Positions 40,070 through 49,796 of a stretch of DNA of 64,000 nt are shown piece by piece. A program made the translations under genes and the position numbers. The stretch is from positions 4,672,001 through 4,736,000 of the forward strand of contig OZ243938.1 in the NCBI GenBank assembly GCA_965214095.1, written 5' to 3'. The notes below the pieces were generated by a model. The model did not search any database, was not told where the DNA came from, and saw only the letters and a list, made by a program, of their open reading frames with translations. The first letter of the stretch is position 1; every line of letters begins with the position of its first letter. The stretch comes from Candidatus Poribacteria bacterium. Its GTDB lineage: Bacteria; Poribacteria; WGA-4E; WGA-3G.

Positions 40070-41227
40070 ATGATGCGTAGAATACTCAATACAATTACAA
40101 TTTTCATTGTACTCATTTCAGTGAACACATTTGCTGATACTTCTCCTGATGGACCTCACACAAATCTAATAGCACTAAAGTATCCTAAAGCACCTGCAAA
40201 ATTCAAGAATACAGTTAAACCCAAGTATCCCAAAGAAGCAAGAAACGCTGGAAAAGAAGGTAGAGCTGTTCTCCAAGTGACCATTGACATCAACGGTTTA
40301 CCAAAGGACATTGTAGCACTTACCAAGGTAGGTTTTGGTTTTGAGGAAGCATCAATTGAGGCATTAAAGCAGAGCACCTTTTATCCAGCTAAAAAAAATG
40401 GTAAACCTATTGAGGATAGAGTTAGAATACCTTATGAATTTAAGCTTGAGTCATCTGATTTTAAAATGGTATATATACCAAAAGGTGAATTCCAAATGGG
40501 AAGTAATAGTGGGGATTCAGATGAAGAACCGCTGCATTCTGTCTTTCTCAATGCATTTTATATAGACAAACATGAGGTGACAAACGCCCAATATAAAGAG
40601 TTTGTTGATGCAAACCCGCAGTGGCAGAAAGACAAAATTTTGCGGAAATACCATGATGGTTATTACTTAGCAGATTGGATTGGGAACTTTTTTCCATCTG
40701 GCAAAGACAACCACCCAGTTGTGTATGTGAGTTGGTATGCTGCGATGGCTTATGCAAAGTGGGGAAAAAAACGATTACCGACTGAAGCAGAATGGGAAAA
40801 AGCAGCTCGCGGTGGATTGGTAAGTAAGAAGTATCCATGGGGAGATACAATTGACTCAACCAATGCTAACTATTTTGACGGAACTGACAAGGAAATCACC
40901 CCGGTTGGTTCCTATCCAGCGAATGGATATGGATTATACGACATGGCAGGCAATGTACGCGAATGGTGTCTTGATACTTATGATGAGAACTTCTTTGGCA
41001 GTAGTCCACGTGAAAATCCATTTGCCGATGCAAAGAGTATTGATGATGTAATTGATGATTTCATTAACCTAAAAGGTAACCGTGTCTTGCGTGGTGGTTC
41101 ATGGCTAAATAGTGCACAATTAGTACGCATTTCAAATCGGTACTGGAGAGCACCTACTGCTACAAACCCAAATGAAGGGTTCCGATGTGCGAAGTCTGTG
41201 ACAGAGAAAAGAGAAAATCAGGAATAA
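40070..41227 (+). CDS. TonB C-terminal domain fused to an FGE-sulfatase domain
   Basis: PKYPKEARNAGKEG-x-AVL...F-x-PA-x-KNGKP then GEFQMGS, RLPTEAEWEKAARG, MAGNVREW, RGGSW, GFRC. Confidence 0.85.
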   Translation: MMRRILNTITIFIVLISVNTFADTSPDGPHTNLIALKYPKAPAKFKNTVKPKYPKEARNAGKEGRAVLQVTIDINGLPKDIVALTKVGFGFEEASIEALKQSTFYPAKKNGKPIEDRVRIPYEFKLESSDFKMVYIPKGEFQMGSNSGDSDEEPLHSVFLNAFYIDKHEVTNAQYKEFVDANPQWQKDKILRKYHDGYYLADWIGNFFPSGKDNHPVVYVSWYAAMAYAKWGKKRLPTEAEWEKAARGGLVSKKYPWGDTIDSTNANYFDGTDKEITPVGSYPANGYGLYDMAGNVREWCLDTYDENFFGSSPRENPFADAKSIDDVIDDFINLKGNRVLRGGSWLNSAQLVRISNRYWRAPTATNPNEGFRCAKSVTEKRENQE

Positions 41228-41337
41228 TTGATGTAATTGAAATGAAGTTGTTTTTTGGTTTGATGTTACCTGTAGTTAACTGAAAAAAGGCACGCATCCG
41301 GAGCGTACCTTTTATGTAATAGTTGAAAACAGTAAAC

Positions 41338-42756
41338 CTAACTATCTAAATGGAAGACTGCCATTTTAGTTTCAGTCATCTCTTCAATAGCGTATTTCGG
41401 TCCCTCTTTGCCCATTCCGCTTTCTTTCACACCACCATACGGCATCAGATCTGCACGCCATTGTGTACCCCAGTTCACCATTAGATTTCCTGATTCCACT
41501 TCTCTGACAAAACGCATTGCCCAATCAATATTCTGTGTGAAGATAGCAGCACTCAATCCGTAGTTCGTATCGTTAGCAAGCGCGATAGCTTCGTCAATGT
41601 CGTTGACACGGGTGACACCGACTGCTGGTCCGAATATCTCATCACAGGATATTTTCATCTCAGGTTTGACATTAGCGAGAATAGCAGGTGTTACAAACTG
41701 ATCTTGCTTTTCGCCACCTGTGAGGAGTTCAGCACCGTCCGAGACTGCTTCTTCTATCCATTCAGTGACACGCGTAGCGTCCGCTTCCCGAATCATTGGT
41801 CCCATACGCACACCAGATTCCAACGGATTGCCGATACCAATCTGGGATACTTCTGCTTGGAAAGCATCTAAAAAATCTCCATAGATCTTTTCATGAGCAA
41901 TTACTCTTTGCGTAGAGATACATACCTGTCCAGCATTGGAATAGCCGGAAGCTGCTGCTGCTTTTGCGACTTTTTCCGGGTCGGCATCAGGCATCACAAT
42001 GAGCGGGGAATTTGAACCGAGTTCCATCGTCACGCGTTTCAATCCTGCCACTTTACATATATGTTCACCTACGTCACGACTTCCTGTAAAGGTAATCTTT
42101 CTGACCCGACGATCCGCACAAAGAGTGTCGCCGATTTCACCACCCGGACCTGTCACACACTGAATAGCTTCAGGAGGTGTGCCTGCTTCTAAGAATAACT
42201 CTACCAATTTCAGTGCGGAAAGTGGTGTATCCGTTGCCGGTTTGATAATGATAGCGTTTCCACCTGCAATTGCTGGTCCAGCCTTGTGACAAACAAGATG
42301 TAGTGGGAAGTTGAAGGGACTAATTCCAGCGACAATACCACAAGGGACACGTACTGTAAACCCGAGTTTGTTTTTTACACCTGGTGCACCTTCAAGCGGA
42401 ATTGTTTCGCCAGTCATCCGTTTTGCTTCCTCTGCCGAGAGCGCAATGATTTCAGATGCGCGAGTGGATTCACCTGTTGCTTCCGCTAAGATTTTTCCTT
42501 CCTCACGGGTGATAACTTCAGCGAGTTCATCAGCCCGTTCAACCATTAAGTCTGCAACTTTCCTTAATATTTCATATCGTTCATATCCTGTCAAACCTGC
42601 CATGATTTTTGCGCCGCGTTCTGCGGTTTGAATAGCAGTTTCGACATCCGCTGCATCTCCTTTTGGTACAGTATCAACTACTGACCCATCAAAAGGACTT
42701 AGAACGTCTATTTTATTTGATTTATCAACCCATTTACCACCAACGTGCATTTGCAT
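41338..42756 (-). CDS. Aldehyde dehydrogenase family protein
   Basis: PFNFP, FTGS, MELGSNSP, GQVCIS, EIFGP, YGLSA, GGVKESG. Confidence 0.95.
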   Translation of the reverse strand: MQMHVGGKWVDKSNKIDVLSPFDGSVVDTVPKGDAADVETAIQTAERGAKIMAGLTGYERYEILRKVADLMVERADELAEVITREEGKILAEATGESTRASEIIALSAEEAKRMTGETIPLEGAPGVKNKLGFTVRVPCGIVAGISPFNFPLHLVCHKAGPAIAGGNAIIIKPATDTPLSALKLVELFLEAGTPPEAIQCVTGPGGEIGDTLCADRRVRKITFTGSRDVGEHICKVAGLKRVTMELGSNSPLIVMPDADPEKVAKAAAASGYSNAGQVCISTQRVIAHEKIYGDFLDAFQAEVSQIGIGNPLESGVRMGPMIREADATRVTEWIEEAVSDGAELLTGGEKQDQFVTPAILANVKPEMKISCDEIFGPAVGVTRVNDIDEAIALANDTNYGLSAAIFTQNIDWAMRFVREVESGNLMVNWGTQWRADLMPYGGVKESGMGKEGPKYAIEEMTETKMAVFHLDS

Positions 42757-42800
42757 AATGCGTATTCTCCATTTCTATATTGTACGCGTGTTGCATACTT

Positions 42801-43574
42801 CTATTGTGATTTAGATTTCAATAATCCCCATGTTATGGTTGCTTTTCCAGTGGCTTCAACAGCAGCATAGTCTTCTAATCCTGTTTCCATTACATCGTTG
42901 ACTTGTGCTTCAGTGAGTGCTTTCGTAAAAAAGCCTACTTCATCAAAAAGACCTGTTGCAGCAACGTTGCCAGGTCGTGCTCCTATCCAGATAGGTGATT
43001 TACTGGTATCAAGTTTTCCACCACTCGCCATTTCAACTTCTAATTTACCATCAACAAACATCTGAACCTTGCTGCCATCATAGACTTTAGCGATATGATG
43101 CCATGTTCCATCTGCAACGATAGTTTTACCCGGCATACGCGACTCCTCCCCGTTGACGTGCCACATAAACACTGGATAGTCAGCATCATGGATCCATATA
43201 TCAAGATGACGTACAAGATTGGCCTCGGGCCAAACTTCCCCATTACGCCAAACGATGTACTGCCATGAAGCAGCATTCAGTTTTACCCAAGCAACAAATG
43301 TATATGGATCAGAGTTGAAAACGTTATCATGGTCAATTCGAACATAACTATCACCATTTCCTGGGAATTCCAGTGCTCCACTGAACTTGCCATTGTCAAC
43401 CCATTCCAGTGTGCCTTTGATGTTACCATCGTGTCCACTGACAATATCTTCAACAACTTTTCCTCTTCCTTCTTCAAATAACCATGCACTAACTAAACCC
43501 AGTTTTGCTGCATGTGCGGAAAAGGACATAACAAATATAAGTATTGTCAAACACAAAATAAGAGTTTTCATCAT
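42801..43574 (-). CDS. Secreted LamG (concanavalin-like) domain protein with C-terminal VEATGKATITWGLLK tag
   Basis: W-x-FEEG-x-G, GKFSGALEF, WHHIA-x-VYDG...FVDG, G-x-FDEVG; GGAGG RBS at MMKT. Confidence 0.85.
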   Translation of the reverse strand: MMKTLILCLTILIFVMSFSAHAAKLGLVSAWLFEEGRGKVVEDIVSGHDGNIKGTLEWVDNGKFSGALEFPGNGDSYVRIDHDNVFNSDPYTFVAWVKLNAASWQYIVWRNGEVWPEANLVRHLDIWIHDADYPVFMWHVNGEESRMPGKTIVADGTWHHIAKVYDGSKVQMFVDGKLEVEMASGGKLDTSKSPIWIGARPGNVAATGLFDEVGFFTKALTEAQVNDVMETGLEDYAAVEATGKATITWGLLKSKSQ

Positions 43575-43602
43575 ATTACCTCCAAAAAGTTGTAAAACCA
43601 AT

Positions 43603-44607
43603 TTAGACGCGGCATTTATCCAGAGCGTCCTCATCCAATTCCACACCTAATCCTGGTTTGTCGGGTATCGTTGCGTATCCGTTATCAAGTGGGATTGTTG
43701 AGGGTGTAACGATGTCAAAAGCGCGTAAAGCATTCAATGTGATTGATGGCATCGTCGCGTTTCGCATCACAGCTGCGAGATGCATAACAAAAGTAGTTGT
43801 TATACCGAGTCCAACAATCTGTATCCATACCGGTAAATCTGCTGACTCTGATATGATTGCTTCTCGTTTAGCATTTGCAGCGCGTGAATCAGGATATGCA
43901 ATAATAAATGAATCGTTCATTCTTGCTCGGATGGCTTTAACAGGATCAGGATTACCGAAGTGAATTGTAATCGGCATGTCGGTGTGTCGTTTTATCTCTT
44001 GGTATCCTTCAATATCTGATTGAGGTATCGGCGTTTCAAATGACTCAATGTTGAAATCCTGAAGTTGTCGTGCGACCTCCAAGGTTTGTTCTGGTGTTTT
44101 AAACGAGTCATTAGCATCTACTCGGAGTTGAAAATCGTCTGGTACTACTTCAGCGATCGCGGCAACCTGTTCACGAACTTCAAACCAAGGACGTGCCTTG
44201 ATTTTATGTAGCCGATAACCGAGTGCATAAGCATGTTTTGCTTCTGCTGCCCATTCTTCAGGTGTCATGTCGATTGACCAATACCCGAATGAAGTCTTAT
44301 CGTTAACTTTTTCACCTAAGAGTTGGTGGACTGGCACACCGAGTGATTTTCCCATGATGTCATAAAAAGCCTGTTGTAAAGGTGTCGGTGCCCAACCACT
44401 CATAAACTCAAACGGGTTTCTATCGATGTATTTTTGAATCGATTCTTCCGATTGAAATGAACCATCCCCTATACCAGTGATTCCATCATCTGTATGGACT
44501 TTGTAAACATGATCAATCTGATAGAGATTACGACTTGTCATCAATTCATAGATGCCTTCATGATATGGCACTCTCACCTTGATAACTTCAATATCTGTGA
44601 TTTTCAT
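43603..44607 (-). CDS. Mandelate racemase/muconate-lactonizing (enolase superfamily) enzyme
   Basis: V-x-TDDG-x-x-G-x-G, YDIMGK-x-LGVPVHQLLG, KIK, RVDAN, FETP, PGLGVELD. Confidence 0.9.
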   Translation of the reverse strand: MKITDIEVIKVRVPYHEGIYELMTSRNLYQIDHVYKVHTDDGITGIGDGSFQSEESIQKYIDRNPFEFMSGWAPTPLQQAFYDIMGKSLGVPVHQLLGEKVNDKTSFGYWSIDMTPEEWAAEAKHAYALGYRLHKIKARPWFEVREQVAAIAEVVPDDFQLRVDANDSFKTPEQTLEVARQLQDFNIESFETPIPQSDIEGYQEIKRHTDMPITIHFGNPDPVKAIRARMNDSFIIAYPDSRAANAKREAIISESADLPVWIQIVGLGITTTFVMHLAAVMRNATMPSITLNALRAFDIVTPSTIPLDNGYATIPDKPGLGVELDEDALDKCRV

Positions 44608-44680
44608 GATATTGATTCCTCCGTTTCAGGAATATATGATCCTATATAAAATTCAATAGCCTAATATACTGACAGGTATT

Positions 44681-45133
44681 CTATTCATCACGACGAATCC
44701 AACTGACCACATCTTCTGCTTCACCGGATCCACCTTCAACTCCGTCACTGCCAAAGGATATTAGGTCGTATCCATATTGGTCATGCACTCCTGGACGTAC
44801 GTAAATATAAGGATTTCCCCATGGATCTTCGGTAATCGGTATCTGAATGTATGGAACTAACCAGTATATTGGAATTGGCGGTTCTTCAGGATGTTCCCAA
44901 AGTGCTTTTAATCCTTGTTCCGTAGATGGATAGTCTCCATTGTCTTTGGCATACCTATCAAGAGCGATGCCAAGCGTTTCAATGTCTTCCGCAGCTTGTG
45001 TTTGTAATGCCCGTCCTGCTTGACCGAGTAATCGAGGTGCTAAGAGTACAGCTGCAATAACTGCAAGAATGACTATGACAATTAATAGTTGTACCAGCGT
45101 TATACCGGATTGTTGTTTGTAAAATGGTTTCAC
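44681..45133 (-). CDS. gspG: Type II secretion major pseudopilin GspG-like protein
   Basis: Prepilin site G|ITLVQLLIV; ALD-x-Y-x-x-DNG-x-YPSTEQGL-x-AL, DPWGNPY-x-Y-x-x-PG, S-x-G-x-DG-x-EGG-x-GE; GTG start after GGAGAGG. Confidence 0.85.
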   Translation of the reverse strand: MKPFYKQQSGITLVQLLIVIVILAVIAAVLLAPRLLGQAGRALQTQAAEDIETLGIALDRYAKDNGDYPSTEQGLKALWEHPEEPPIPIYWLVPYIQIPITEDPWGNPYIYVRPGVHDQYGYDLISFGSDGVEGGSGEAEDVVSWIRRDE

Positions 45134-45208
45134 GAATGCCTCTCCACATTTTTCTATTTTGAATGTGTTTACAAAGTTTAGCATATAATGTTGAATGAGT
45201 CAATACAA

Positions 45209-45847
45209 CTATTTTAAGTGAATCTGTGGATCATCCTCATAAGCGGAATCAATTTGCACCAAACGTTGTAAAGTGATACAGAATAGTCCAAATAGTGATT
45301 TCAGCAATGCTGTTTCTTTTATTACACCTACACAGGAAAAGTACAATTCATCAACACCTTCAGGAAAATCGGTGCCGAACCATCCTTCATCATCTTTTAT
45401 TGTAAAGTATATTCTCGGTTGTTGCTGACATAGTTCCTTTATCTTTGGTTCTGCAAGGAGTAACTTTATCTTTTCAGGATTATTACCTTTTATAATGAAC
45501 TTGTCATCAAAGAAAGGATCACCTATTTCAATATCCTGCATACCGAAGAATTTTCCGATTGAACTGAAAAATCCTTCTCGTGTAATTTTGAAATAGAGAC
45601 CATCCTTGTTAATGAAAGGTGCACGCATCCGAGTATATGTTGTTGTGGAAGTTGTTGTTCCAGTAGATGTTGTTTGGGTGTAAGTATCAAGTAGAATTTG
45701 CCATTCACCGTGTTTGTAGATGAGTACGTCCTTCTTCCAAAACCCACCATCAATATATTCACCACCGATGTCTGTTGCGATTTGTGACCAGATTTCGTCC
45801 TTTGATGGACCGAAAATGCCTCTGCGTTTTTTCATCTTTTTCTCCAT
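45209..45847 (-). CDS. Conserved hypothetical protein (DUF3137-like)
   Basis: FGPSKDEIW, G-x-QDIEIGDP-x-FDD-x-F-x-I pattern. Confidence 0.6.
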   Translation of the reverse strand: MEKKMKKRRGIFGPSKDEIWSQIATDIGGEYIDGGFWKKDVLIYKHGEWQILLDTYTQTTSTGTTTSTTTYTRMRAPFINKDGLYFKITREGFFSSIGKFFGMQDIEIGDPFFDDKFIIKGNNPEKIKLLLAEPKIKELCQQQPRIYFTIKDDEGWFGTDFPEGVDELYFSCVGVIKETALLKSLFGLFCITLQRLVQIDSAYEDDPQIHLK

Positions 45848-45857
45848 ATCTATGTTA

Positions 45858-46097
45858 TTAATTTACTTCGGTATAGGTTCGCCATAAACCTTTTGGATTC
45901 TCAACCGATAGACCAACATTTCCACATTCACCACAAACTGTTGCTCGTAATGGTTCACGATGTAAGCCTTTGAAGATCTTTGCGTTAGGGTTGCCTTGAA
46001 GTGTAACCATCAAAGTACTTCCGAATGATTGTTCACTCAGTGCAAGATTCTGCATGATTTTATCAGATCCGCATTGAGCACATTTAATTTCAGACAT
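45858..46097 (-). CDS. Small zinc-ribbon protein
   Basis: CAQCGS and CGECG; AGGAG RBS. Confidence 0.7.
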   Translation of the reverse strand: MSEIKCAQCGSDKIMQNLALSEQSFGSTLMVTLQGNPNAKIFKGLHREPLRATVCGECGNVGLSVENPKGLWRTYTEVN

Positions 46098-46128
46098 TTA
46101 CATTACTCCTAATTTCAATTTTGTATGT

Positions 46129-46266
46129 TATAGTGAAATGCAAAAAATATGTGCACACTCTCCAGTAAATGAGGTTTCCTAACCACATCTATGAGACTGA
46201 ACAAACACCGGTTCGGTTAGGAAACCGAACCTACCGTCGTATGTAAATAATTTTGGTTTTTACTAA
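46129..46266. mobile_element. MITE-like element, inverted copy of 11794-11931
   Basis: TATAGTGAAAT...GTGCACACTC...ATGAGAC-x-GAACAAACACCGGTTCGGTTAGGAAACCGAACCTACCG...GGTTTTTACTA. Confidence 0.8.
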
Positions 46267-47391
46267 TTATATTTGGTCGCTTCGCCATCTTTCAAGCGGA
46301 TGATCACGCGGTGTTAGGGGCATATAAATGCGACGTTTCTGTCTATGTGATTCCCATGTGGTATGTATCATTTCAAGACAATCACGTCCGTCTCTGCCGC
46401 TTGCAAACGGGTCTCGGTTTTCTTCTATTGCCTCAATCAGATCACGTAACATAAGACGTTGTAGTAGCAGACGTATAGAACCTTTATCCCGCTGATTGCC
46501 TTTTTCATCAATATTTTCTTCAGGAAGATGCACTGGATCCCAAGGTTGATCTGGTGTTTTATGTTGCCCTTTATGAATAAACATTGTGGTTCCGACGCTC
46601 TCCCGGATAGCGATACGGCCTTCAGTGCCAATAATGTCTATACCATAAGCGTTATCATTGGTTTGGGGTTGTGCAAGGAATTGGACATCTGCATGGATAC
46701 CGTTCTTAAAGCGAAAGGAAGCATGACCACGTTCCCCCAGAACAAGTCCAGCATCTCGGTCATGAGGGTGTACCTCTTGTGTGAGTTTAATGTCGTCCAC
46801 GGTGGATTCGCGTCCATCCATTTGCATCAGATGTGCATGTGTCCATTCAACATCCCCACCGAAAAGCCGTAACCAATCATATAAGTGAGTTCCCATCTCC
46901 ATGAGTGAATTTCCTACCTTGCGTCCACCTTTATCTGTGGCTTTCATCAGCACAACATCACCGATTTCGCCTTTCTCAATTAGTGAAAGAACATGACGAT
47001 TGTATGGACTTGCACGTTTGATATGGTTGATTGCGAACTTTACATTATTCTGGTCACAGGTATCTACCATCTCATCTGCTTGGATAAGGTTGAGTGCGAT
47101 GGGTTTTTCACAGAAAACATGGATACCGCGCTTTGCAGCTGCAATCGTGGGAGGGTGGTGCATGGGTGCTTGCGTTGGGATGATAACGATGTCTGGTTTC
47201 TGTTCGTCAAGCATCTTTTCATAGTCGTCATAGATTGCTTTGACACTGAATCGCTCACCCCATGCTTTTGCACGGTCAGGATTGATTTCTGCTCCAGCAA
47301 TGAGTTCACAGTTTTCCTCTAACTTTGCTGCTTGTGCATGGCTGCCACCCATTCCTCCGAGTCCGATGATTGCTATTCGGTATTGTTTCAT
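46267..47391 (-). CDS. Gfo/Idh/MocA family oxidoreductase
   Basis: IAIIGLGGMG-x-x-H, HVFCEKPIA, MGTH-x-x-D. Confidence 0.9.
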   Translation of the reverse strand: MKQYRIAIIGLGGMGGSHAQAAKLEENCELIAGAEINPDRAKAWGERFSVKAIYDDYEKMLDEQKPDIVIIPTQAPMHHPPTIAAAKRGIHVFCEKPIALNLIQADEMVDTCDQNNVKFAINHIKRASPYNRHVLSLIEKGEIGDVVLMKATDKGGRKVGNSLMEMGTHLYDWLRLFGGDVEWTHAHLMQMDGRESTVDDIKLTQEVHPHDRDAGLVLGERGHASFRFKNGIHADVQFLAQPQTNDNAYGIDIIGTEGRIAIRESVGTTMFIHKGQHKTPDQPWDPVHLPEENIDEKGNQRDKGSIRLLLQRLMLRDLIEAIEENRDPFASGRDGRDCLEMIHTTWESHRQKRRIYMPLTPRDHPLERWRSDQI

Positions 47392-47516
47392 ATAATGCTC
47401 CGAAGTTGAATATTCAGGTTTTAAACTATATTACCAAGTATAGATTGAAAGTGCAATAAAAAACGGCACTGTAGTAGTACCGGATATGTATGAGTATTGG
47501 ATTATATATGGAGATT

Positions 47517-48503
47517 CTATTGTGTTTTTACATTTGCCCATGTTGTTGTTAGCTTATCTGTATTGGGAGTAACATTGTACACCCCCTCGGTATCTAAAGC
47601 GAGACCTATTACATAATTCAATCCTGTAAGTATATCGATGACATTTGTACCATCAAGATTGCCTCTTCGGATTTTACTCTTATTGATATTGTGATTTTTT
47701 TCAATCCAATATATCTTTTGAGAGTGAGCATCCAAAACAATTTCTGTAGGAGTGTTTAGATCGGCAAGTAAAGTTTCAACATTTTTTCCCTCAAGTGATG
47801 CTATTCTTATTTCACCACGAGTCATTTTTGTCCAATATATATTACTGTTAACCAAATCTAGGGCTATTCTGTCATGATGTATAACACCTCCACGTAGTAT
47901 TTCGTAATTTGATCCATCCATGTTCACCCGTGCGATATTATCCTCAAAAGAATCTTGGAAATAAATTTTACCTGCTTTTAGGTCAAGTTTAATGTCTTCA
48001 GCATCGACTCTAATATCAAAAATCCCTCCATTTACAGGTGGAATTCTTATATCTTCAATATTGCCACCATCCAAATCTGCACGTGACATTCTCCATGGTC
48101 CAGACACATTACCCCAATATATCTTATTTCCTATTGTATCTATTGCAATGCTGCATGGGGATGGCAGCGGTTTTCCTTGTTCTTCAAGCATTGTATCACG
48201 ATTGATGATAATTTCAATGTCAGAACCGTCAAGGTTTGCACGATATATTCTCTTATATCTTAAGGTAACCCAGTAGATCTTACGGTTGGTTAAGTCCAAT
48301 GCAATATCAAATGGTGAATCCAATTCCGTTATGACATTTTCAACATTGGTTCCATCAAGGTTAGCACGTCTTATTTTATCCGTTTCTGTCCAGTATATTT
48401 TTGGACTTCCCTGTGCGTAAGTAATGCCTTGAATAGCAGAAAACAATATAACTATGGAGAAAACTAACTGGAGACATTGGTTTGATAACAATATATTTTT
48501 CAT
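47517..48503 (-). CDS. Secreted YWTD (LDL-receptor class B) beta-propeller with C-terminal TTTW tag
   Basis: Repeated IALD...KIYW...I-x-RANLDG; ends VTPNTDKLTTTWANVKTQ. Confidence 0.85.
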   Translation of the reverse strand: MKNILLSNQCLQLVFSIVILFSAIQGITYAQGSPKIYWTETDKIRRANLDGTNVENVITELDSPFDIALDLTNRKIYWVTLRYKRIYRANLDGSDIEIIINRDTMLEEQGKPLPSPCSIAIDTIGNKIYWGNVSGPWRMSRADLDGGNIEDIRIPPVNGGIFDIRVDAEDIKLDLKAGKIYFQDSFEDNIARVNMDGSNYEILRGGVIHHDRIALDLVNSNIYWTKMTRGEIRIASLEGKNVETLLADLNTPTEIVLDAHSQKIYWIEKNHNINKSKIRRGNLDGTNVIDILTGLNYVIGLALDTEGVYNVTPNTDKLTTTWANVKTQ

Positions 48504-48515
48504 GAGATGTATCCT

Positions 48516-49607
48516 TTACTTGGATTTCATATTTGCCCAAGTTGTAGTCAGTTGGTTTGAACTTGGTGAAACATCGTAAGGCCCTTCAGTGTCTATATCT
48601 AAACCTGATGGAGAATTTAAATTAGTGATTATATCCCTAACGTTTGTACCATCAAGGTTTGACTGTTGTATTTTTCCAATATCAGATTGCCAATCTAATT
48701 CTAACCAGTACATTTTTCCGGCACGTAGATCTAATGCAATGTCATAAGGAAAATTTAGTCCTGTAACAAGCGTTTCTGTCTTATCTCCGTTTAGGTTTGC
48801 CCGAAATATCTTTCCGGTAACAGTGTTCGACCAGTACATCATTTCATCGTGTAAATCTAATGCTAATGCATAAGCAGTACGCATATCAGTAATAATGTCT
48901 TCAGGGTCAGATCCATCAAGATTTGCGCGTTGGATTTTGCTAGCAAGTCCATCCGTCCAGTAAATTTTACTTGTATCACTGTCAATTTCAATATTAATTG
49001 GATGAAGCCACTGTTTCATTCTAATGTTAAATGGTACAATCAATTCTCTAATTTCAATATCTTCAATATTGATGCCGTCAAGATTTGAACTTTGAAAAAT
49101 ATCTAAATGATCGTTACCCCAGTAGATATTGTTTTTGTTTTCGTCAATAGCGATACAGATGGGAGCAATTAGTTTTTCATGTGGTAGTTTAACATGCTTT
49201 CCATCTTTTGGTGTTGCTATACCTTCACATTTCCCGTTTTGACACGTTATCCTCAATTTTCCTTCACCTGGTCCAAGATTGAATCCAGTTATGACATTTT
49301 CAATATTGGAACCGTCAAGGTTTGCAGATTGAATTATTGAAGCATAGTCTGTTATCCAATACATCTTACGGTTGCGTATATCCAAAGTGATGTCACCAGC
49401 AGCTTGTAAACCTGTAACTACATTCTCAATATTGGAGCCATTCAAATTTGCACGTATAATTTTGTCTTGCAATGTTTCTTCATCCCTTTCAATCCAGTAT
49501 AATTTCCCTTTCCCATAAGCATGATTGGTATCTAAATGATTACTAATCAACATAATGGCAATCAGAATTAGCAGCAGATGGGGTCGCTTCCAGTACTGAT
49601 AGTTCAT
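48516..49607 (-). CDS. Secreted YWTD beta-propeller paralogue with C-terminal TTTW tag
   Basis: KIYWTD...IQRANLDG repeats; ends VSPSSNQLTTTWANMKSK; AGGAG RBS at MNYQ. Confidence 0.85.
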   Translation of the reverse strand: MNYQYWKRPHLLLILIAIMLISNHLDTNHAYGKGKLYWIERDEETLQDKIIRANLNGSNIENVVTGLQAAGDITLDIRNRKMYWITDYASIIQSANLDGSNIENVITGFNLGPGEGKLRITCQNGKCEGIATPKDGKHVKLPHEKLIAPICIAIDENKNNIYWGNDHLDIFQSSNLDGINIEDIEIRELIVPFNIRMKQWLHPINIEIDSDTSKIYWTDGLASKIQRANLDGSDPEDIITDMRTAYALALDLHDEMMYWSNTVTGKIFRANLNGDKTETLVTGLNFPYDIALDLRAGKMYWLELDWQSDIGKIQQSNLDGTNVRDIITNLNSPSGLDIDTEGPYDVSPSSNQLTTTWANMKSK

Positions 49608-49629
49608 ATTATTTTCTCCTTTAATCACA

Positions 49630-49732
49630 AATAGTGAATTGTAAATATAAGTTGACACTTTCGTCCCATGGGAGGGGAGGTTTCCTAACCTCGCCGATGC
49701 AGAGTGTTCAAGTAATTTCAAAATCTACTACA
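49630..49732. mobile_element. MITE-like element, copy of 17772-17874
   Basis: ATAGTGAATT-x-TAAATATAAGTTG-x-CACTTTCGTCC...GAGGTTTCCTAACCTC-x-CCGATGCAGAGTGTTCAAGTAATTTCAAAATCTACTA. Confidence 0.8.
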
Positions 49733-49796
49733 TAAGTAATTCTATTGACGACTATGCTAAAGCAAGTGTCGTCAATACACCTGTGTTAGTAATAGA

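Noticed and set aside
21459-41227. Diversity-generating retroelement (Avd-like four-helix bundle plus FGE/CLec-fold targets)
   Set aside because: No reverse transcriptase, and I found no template repeat differing at adenines from the 3' ends of the 24744 or 40070 genes.
49608-49721. N-terminal extension of the YWTD gene (and similarly 17817-17897)
   Set aside because: The extensions run through MITE sequence; RBS-supported ATGs lie downstream.
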